A stretch of DNA of 64,000 nucleotides from the sequence record MN895435.1. The stretch is one strand, 5' to 3'. Shown here in pieces: positions 58,533 through 64,000 of this stretch (position 1 is its first letter; every line of letters begins with the position of its first letter). The position numbers and the translations under genes are program-made. The stretch is from Escherichia phage teqhal. The notes beneath the pieces were generated by a model. It was not told where the DNA came from, made no database searches, and saw only the letters and a list, made by a program, of their open reading frames with translations.

Positions 58533-59537
58533 TTAAAATGTAAACAGAATATTGATTTCTTCTGTCTGATCCATTGCCATAATAATAGGTGGCCTATTTT
58601 CCATATAAATCATTTCGCCCGAATGCCTCATTAAATCTTCCGGATCATAATAATCCTTTTCAGCTTTAACGTTTGGGTCATTTGGATGAGCTTTAGCTTC
58701 AAGAGGATTCGTGATTATTGATATTTGTCTAAATCCTTTATTTCCTGGCAATGCAGCTTCAGGAAAATAAACTGAATCTAAATATGCTTTAAAACGGATA
58801 GTATTTGCCTTAACACGGTAAATTAATCCAAAATCATCTTGCTGCCAAGTGAGATTATCTTCATATCCCCATCTAGTCGGGTCTTCTTTTAATTCCTCAG
58901 GCCAAGGAACCACGATATATTCATTCGTGCATCTATTTATAGATACATCAGGCGGAATCTCAAATAGATATTCCCAAACATATCCGTCCCCAGGTTCAAT
59001 TGTTCCTTCAGCATCTCCTCGACCTTCAGGAGGAGTCATTGACCTAGCAGAAGGAGTCCATTTTCCACCTAACTTAAGGCATTCATCCTTATCAGTTAAA
59101 GATGCGATTGAACACATTCCGGTATCAGGAACATCTAAACAACGATATACTAACCAGCCTGCGCCTGATTCAGTAGCGTTGTAAGGAGCTGAGTTACACA
59201 CTACAATATCGTTAATTCTAAATGTGTATGGATCCGGATATCTAGTATCTCCCCAATCTCTGCGAGGAATAACAGCATCAAGCATTGATGGAAGAACTTT
59301 TACTGTTCCCATCATATGAGTCCACATGTCAGTTACACCTAATACAGAATCGGTAGGATAAGGTGGGGCAAAGCCCACCTCATTTTCATTTGATGACCAC
59401 GGTTCTGATCTTCCAAATGTGATAAAGATAGTGTTTTTATCCGGACCACTTCCAATTGAATTATAAAAATTCAACATTTTTTCTGTTCTAAATTTTGAAG
59501 TAACTATCGCACGATAGATAACACTTGAATCATTCAT
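58533..59537 (-). CDS. 8: baseplate wedge subunit
   Basis: 334-aa ORF; position as T4 gp8. Confidence 0.92.
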   Translation of the reverse strand: MNDSSVIYRAIVTSKFRTEKMLNFYNSIGSGPDKNTIFITFGRSEPWSSNENEVGFAPPYPTDSVLGVTDMWTHMMGTVKVLPSMLDAVIPRRDWGDTRYPDPYTFRINDIVVCNSAPYNATESGAGWLVYRCLDVPDTGMCSIASLTDKDECLKLGGKWTPSARSMTPPEGRGDAEGTIEPGDGYVWEYLFEIPPDVSINRCTNEYIVVPWPEELKEDPTRWGYEDNLTWQQDDFGLIYRVKANTIRFKAYLDSVYFPEAALPGNKGFRQISIITNPLEAKAHPNDPNVKAEKDYYDPEDLMRHSGEMIYMENRPPIIMAMDQTEEINILFTF

Positions 59538-62500
59538 CTATTTTAACCTGTGTTGGATTTTCAGGGTCTCTTGGATTTCCTATATTATCTTTTAGACGTT
59601 TATTAACTAAATCTCTAAATTGCGCAAATGTTGTTCCAGATGCATCAAATAAAGGACTCATTAATTTACGTCGTTCAGACGGCAATTGACCTTGAAATAT
59701 TGAATTATTATTTTCAGCATTATAGTCATCAGGAAGAGGATATTCTACACCAGCCATTGGGCCAGGCTCATAAATTGCTTCGCCTGTTACCGAATCATGC
59801 TCAATTTCACCAGTTGGAGTCAATTTAGCTACTCTATCAGCATATTCAGTAGGCAATCCAGAATCCCATTTATAGTTTTTGTATTTATTAATTATAGTCT
59901 CTGTGTGTTTAAGAGTTAAACCAACATTAATAAACATCGTTAAAAGGGTAATTGCTATAAATCCAAATCCTACTGGATGAACAAAACGAATAACGTCAGA
60001 TTTCCAACGAGAAGAAGGTAAATTGGATTTAATTTTCATTACATAATATGATCGACTTCTATTAATATAGTCTATATTATTTTGAAGCAAATCCTTTCCT
60101 TTAACTCCACGAATAATTTCGCCTTCAAAACTAGGAAGTCTTTCTGCTTTAACTTCTTGGCCAGCAATTAATCGTCCCAAAAGATTATGAATAGTTACGG
60201 TCCATTGCAATTTACCATTAGAATAGCTTCTTTCTATATAAGTAACATTACATCTTCCTGTAGCTGTATAAATCGTTTGTCCTACTAAGTCTTCAGTCAA
60301 AGAATCAGATTGAACGATTATATCATATTCAGTACCAGCCCCAGATTCAATTTCAATTTCAACCTCTTCATTATAAAGAACTTTAAAAAGAAATTTGTAT
60401 GATGCTTCAATTCCTTTAGTAGAATAAAAATCATAGCTACGTGATTCGAAAAATCTTGCAACAGCATCACGTTTGTCAGCATTTAAATAAATGTTTCTTT
60501 TATATATCTCTGACCACAAATATTCCCATGCATGCTCTTCTCGTGGATATTTGTTACGAATTAAATTTCGTAAATTGTTATACTGAGTTCCATATCCATC
60601 AGAAAGATACTGAATATATGCTTCGCAAAATGCCTCAAAATTCGAATCCTGCAACAAATAAGAATCAGGCATCATTGTGCCAATCAATGGTCTTAAATCA
60701 GGGTCAGCCAATCCACGCTCTTCTTCAGGCGACCAAGGAGTTTCATGCTCTTGGTTTTGTAAAAATGCTTTTAAAAATACTTCAGTTGGCTTCCAAATAA
60801 TTTCGACGGTGTCTCTAACACGATAGTTAAAATCATAGTAAGAAATTATTTCACCGGAGGCTTTATAGAAAAGCATTCCTGATGCATATTTTTTAAATCC
60901 GGTGAACTTAACATTTGGCATTACTATAGTACAATCACCATCATCCCAGTATTCATGAACTAATCTATCTGGTGATGTTTCCGGAATATTTTCTATAACT
61001 TTAGTGTATTTTAAATCAGCATAAACTACTACAGCTCTATCAGAGTTGTTTATCCAACAACGTGTGTTAGATTTTTTAGACCAGTTAAAGAATGGTTCTG
61101 CGTAGTATTTCATTGGTTGAGGAGTAAAAGTCTCCCAATCAGATGTTTCATCTGCTATAAATGCCATCATATGATAATGCTTATCAGCTAGCCATTCACG
61201 AGGAAATTCATATTTGACAGCACCAATTAACTGATATTTTGCTGCAGTTTCAGGGTCATTAACAACATTATCACTTAAAAATTTAAAATTACTCGAAGAC
61301 AGAGAAACTAATTTACCGTCAGTTGACATATTCGCATATCCGGGTTGAATACGTCTTCTTTCTTCTTCGGTATTACCAAAAACTCTTTTCCATGTTTTTT
61401 CGTCATGATTTAAAACATATATTCCTTTATCAGCGGAATCAATTATTTTTGATGTTCTAGGATTAGCATTTAATGTTTCAACTTCACCAATAATAAGAGC
61501 AAAAACTTTATCACCGATAGAATCCATTTTATAACATACTGCTTTAGGATTTCCGGTTATAGTCATGGTATCAGGTTCAAAAAGTCTTTCCGAATATGTT
61601 GGAGATAATGGATCAGAATCTATAGGTGCATTACTCGTTTTTATGTATCTAACTTTGTCTCTGGCGACAACGTAAATGTAATCATCGGTGCAAGTAATAG
61701 CTTCTGCAATGCGGTATACATTCGCTGGCAAAGTCGCGTAAGTGGCAAAAATTTCTACATCAAATCCTAAATGTAACTGGTCGCCAAGTTTAGCAAATGT
61801 TATATCCTGAGAACTAAATCTGACATCATCGGCTGACCATCTAACATCAGTAGATTTGCGGCCATAGAAAATCTTGTCGTATCCTAGAACGTATGTTGTG
61901 TTCGCAGATTGGTAATATACTGTCTTAGATAAAGGATATCCTACACGGTCATTGAAGAGCTTTACAGCTTTCCAAGTTTGTCCTTTATCATTGGATACTT
62001 TAACTACAGGTTGATAGCGCTCAAAAAGATATAGAATTCCTTCTGATTCCATCAAATAAACTCGGTTAATATCCTTACATACTTGCTGAATAGAACCTTG
62101 TATTTCATGATACTCATTTTCACCAATAATAAAATTACTTATTGATGAAACATCAACATACGATGGGCTGAATTGAAATGATTCATTCATCAATGCAGCC
62201 ATTATAGTGTCATTATTAAAATTAACATAATCAGAATTATTAAGAGTAAATTTTTCCTGAATGAATTTATTGGCTAATTGCATTTCAATCATGTTTTGAA
62301 ATGTATAAGCATTTGTAGCAAAAGTTTCAAACTCTTCGGTATAAATCCAATCAGACTGCTCAAAATCTTGCGCAGCTGTAGCTACTCTGATAATGTATGA
62401 TGTCAATGGATCAGCATCATCAAAAAAGAAGCTGTTATTTGCAGTATATCCTAAGTTAATCCATCTGTATTGATTACTCGGGAGATTTTCCCCCGAGTTT

Positions 62501-62628
62501 GTTTTTGTCTCAGCGATTTCTACAAAATAGTAGAAATTAGCACCAACGTCATCCCAGCGTACTTGCACCTGATTTGCGGATAACTTGGAAATTCTGAGAC
62601 TAGTGACTGAAGGTGCTTTTACTGTCAT
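59530..62628 (-). CDS. 7: baseplate wedge initiator
   Basis: 1032-aa ORF; size and position as T4 gp7. Confidence 0.93.
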   Translation of the reverse strand: MTVKAPSVTSLRISKLSANQVQVRWDDVGANFYYFVEIAETKTNSGENLPSNQYRWINLGYTANNSFFFDDADPLTSYIIRVATAAQDFEQSDWIYTEEFETFATNAYTFQNMIEMQLANKFIQEKFTLNNSDYVNFNNDTIMAALMNESFQFSPSYVDVSSISNFIIGENEYHEIQGSIQQVCKDINRVYLMESEGILYLFERYQPVVKVSNDKGQTWKAVKLFNDRVGYPLSKTVYYQSANTTYVLGYDKIFYGRKSTDVRWSADDVRFSSQDITFAKLGDQLHLGFDVEIFATYATLPANVYRIAEAITCTDDYIYVVARDKVRYIKTSNAPIDSDPLSPTYSERLFEPDTMTITGNPKAVCYKMDSIGDKVFALIIGEVETLNANPRTSKIIDSADKGIYVLNHDEKTWKRVFGNTEEERRRIQPGYANMSTDGKLVSLSSSNFKFLSDNVVNDPETAAKYQLIGAVKYEFPREWLADKHYHMMAFIADETSDWETFTPQPMKYYAEPFFNWSKKSNTRCWINNSDRAVVVYADLKYTKVIENIPETSPDRLVHEYWDDGDCTIVMPNVKFTGFKKYASGMLFYKASGEIISYYDFNYRVRDTVEIIWKPTEVFLKAFLQNQEHETPWSPEEERGLADPDLRPLIGTMMPDSYLLQDSNFEAFCEAYIQYLSDGYGTQYNNLRNLIRNKYPREEHAWEYLWSEIYKRNIYLNADKRDAVARFFESRSYDFYSTKGIEASYKFLFKVLYNEEVEIEIESGAGTEYDIIVQSDSLTEDLVGQTIYTATGRCNVTYIERSYSNGKLQWTVTIHNLLGRLIAGQEVKAERLPSFEGEIIRGVKGKDLLQNNIDYINRSRSYYVMKIKSNLPSSRWKSDVIRFVHPVGFGFIAITLLTMFINVGLTLKHTETIINKYKNYKWDSGLPTEYADRVAKLTPTGEIEHDSVTGEAIYEPGPMAGVEYPLPDDYNAENNNSIFQGQLPSERRKLMSPLFDASGTTFAQFRDLVNKRLKDNIGNPRDPENPTQVKIDE

Positions 62629-64000
62629 TGTGATATAGGCTCCAAATCGATAGTTAAGTATTGTGGACGTAAGTCATTTTCAAATACAATCAGTGAACCA
62701 TCACGAGTAAAGATAACATCATCGGTTGGGTCAGAATATAATTCAATAGTCTGAACTTCAAATTTTTCAGATGTTAAATTAATTTTAGCGATATTCCAAT
62801 AAATCATGTCAGCTGGATAATTTATTTCACCGATAACATAGTATTTGTCGCGTCCATCAGAATTTGCTAATTTGTTAAAATCGTTTCCTGTATACGGCTG
62901 AATGTTTTCATTTTCTGTAACATCGCCAGAAGCAAATGGACCAATAATAACTTTACCAATTCCTTTAGAATCTCGGTCTGTTGATACTATACGAACGTCA
63001 TATAATACATCTTCTTCTAAACCAGTATCAGGATTTACAACCTTTCGTCCAGAATTAAATGAAAACGTATTAGATTCCATAGAACGATCTTTTATTTGAT
63101 TATTGTATTTAATACCTGCTTCAGGCGTTTTATAGAAGTTTTGTACTTCACGAACAATTTGAATTGTCGCTGATGAACCAATGATAGAATGATCTGCATC
63201 ATCTACATATGTCAACATCTTAGACTTGGCAAAAGACGAGTTAAAAATTTCTACATCTTCGGTATAATAACGATCAATTTTATCAATTATTTGACCTTCG
63301 AGCCACTGTTCGGATTCTTGCAGCTTATTTAAGGCATATGTGACTTTTAAATTAGTCTTAATAAAAAGATAATTAGGAGAAATAATTGATGGCGTAATAG
63401 GAGCTAAATTATAGTCTTTGAGATAATTTTTAATATCTTCACGTTGCACAGTAGTTAAATACAATCCTGATTTAGGTTTAGCAGCAATAAATGCATACCC
63501 AGGTTTAGTAGAATCAGTGAAAGTCTGAACAGCTTGAATAATAGAACCAAATCTCTCTGAAACGAATGTATCGTAGTCAGTCGCAGTTACGCAGCGTTGC
63601 TGGGTTTCGCGTTTAATAGTACCCAATTCGCGAATACGCTCAATATCTTCTGGATCACCGCCGCCATCTGCTCCGACAAAATCTGGGTCGTCGTTTGGAT
63701 TTTCATTAATATTGATGACAGTTATATTTGTTAATGTATCTGCATATGAAAATCCGACTGCGCCATTCGCATCTGCACCGTTAGTACTGATGTACTCAAT
63801 AACAATCGTAGAGTTCTGGGTAGGTTTAAGACCTCCGATATAATTAGCGGTCAAAGCTCCTTCAGAAGCATTAACAGAAATTTCACCTTCGCCAAAATAG
63901 AATTCAGTGTTTCCATCAATAGTTTCACGCATATAGTAAATCGTTGATGTTGAACCAGCATGAACCATTGACTTTCTCGTCCAGTTAATCCATTCCGCTC
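62625..64000 (-). CDS. 6: baseplate wedge subunit, 3' part (5' end outside window)
   Basis: Open minus-strand frame to window edge (at least 447 aa); position upstream of gene 7. Confidence 0.85.
   Translation of the reverse strand, partial: AEWINWTRKSMVHAGSTSTIYYMRETIDGNTEFYFGEGEISVNASEGALTANYIGGLKPTQNSTIVIEYISTNGADANGAVGFSYADTLTNITVININENPNDDPDFVGADGGGDPEDIERIRELGTIKRETQQRCVTATDYDTFVSERFGSIIQAVQTFTDSTKPGYAFIAAKPKSGLYLTTVQREDIKNYLKDYNLAPITPSIISPNYLFIKTNLKVTYALNKLQESEQWLEGQIIDKIDRYYTEDVEIFNSSFAKSKMLTYVDDADHSIIGSSATIQIVREVQNFYKTPEAGIKYNNQIKDRSMESNTFSFNSGRKVVNPDTGLEEDVLYDVRIVSTDRDSKGIGKVIIGPFASGDVTENENIQPYTGNDFNKLANSDGRDKYYVIGEINYPADMIYWNIAKINLTSEKFEVQTIELYSDPTDDVIFTRDGSLIVFENDLRPQYLTIDLEPISQ

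Overview
This window reads as a contiguous segment of a T4-like (T-even, Tequatrovirus-type) myovirus genome, identified by recall of T4 protein sequences, gene order and promoter motifs rather than by any database search. Plus-strand early/middle genes run from the 3' end of frd through td, nrdA, nrdB, denA, rnlA (63), alc, a spanin pair, pseT, cd, 31, rIII, the 30.x cluster, DNA ligase (30) and alt. The late structural block follows, mostly on the minus strand: baseplate hub 54-48-29-28-27-51, divergent 26-25, uvsY, uvsW, inh, hoc, rnlB, then head, packaging, tail and baseplate genes 24-23-22-21-68-67-20-19-18-17-16-15-14-13-wac-12-11-10-9-8-7 and the 3' part of 6. Many late promoters (TATAAATA), early promoters (GTTTAC-N17/18-extended -10), MotA-box middle promoters and hairpin terminators are visible. 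Most of the window is well-characterised T4 biology, so I do not see a wholly new system. The places that differ from what I recall of T4 are: a ~410 bp insertion carrying a 115-aa ORF between frd and td, flanked by a 9-bp direct repeat; intron-less td and nrdB with no gene between nrdA and nrdB; two tandem alt-family ADP-ribosyltransferase genes; a hoc gene with an extra Ig-like domain; a ~60-bp early promoter/leader element present in two near-identical copies 16 kb apart; and a GIY-YIG seg-like endonuclease with its own late promoter. No tRNA, rRNA or CRISPR array was recognised.
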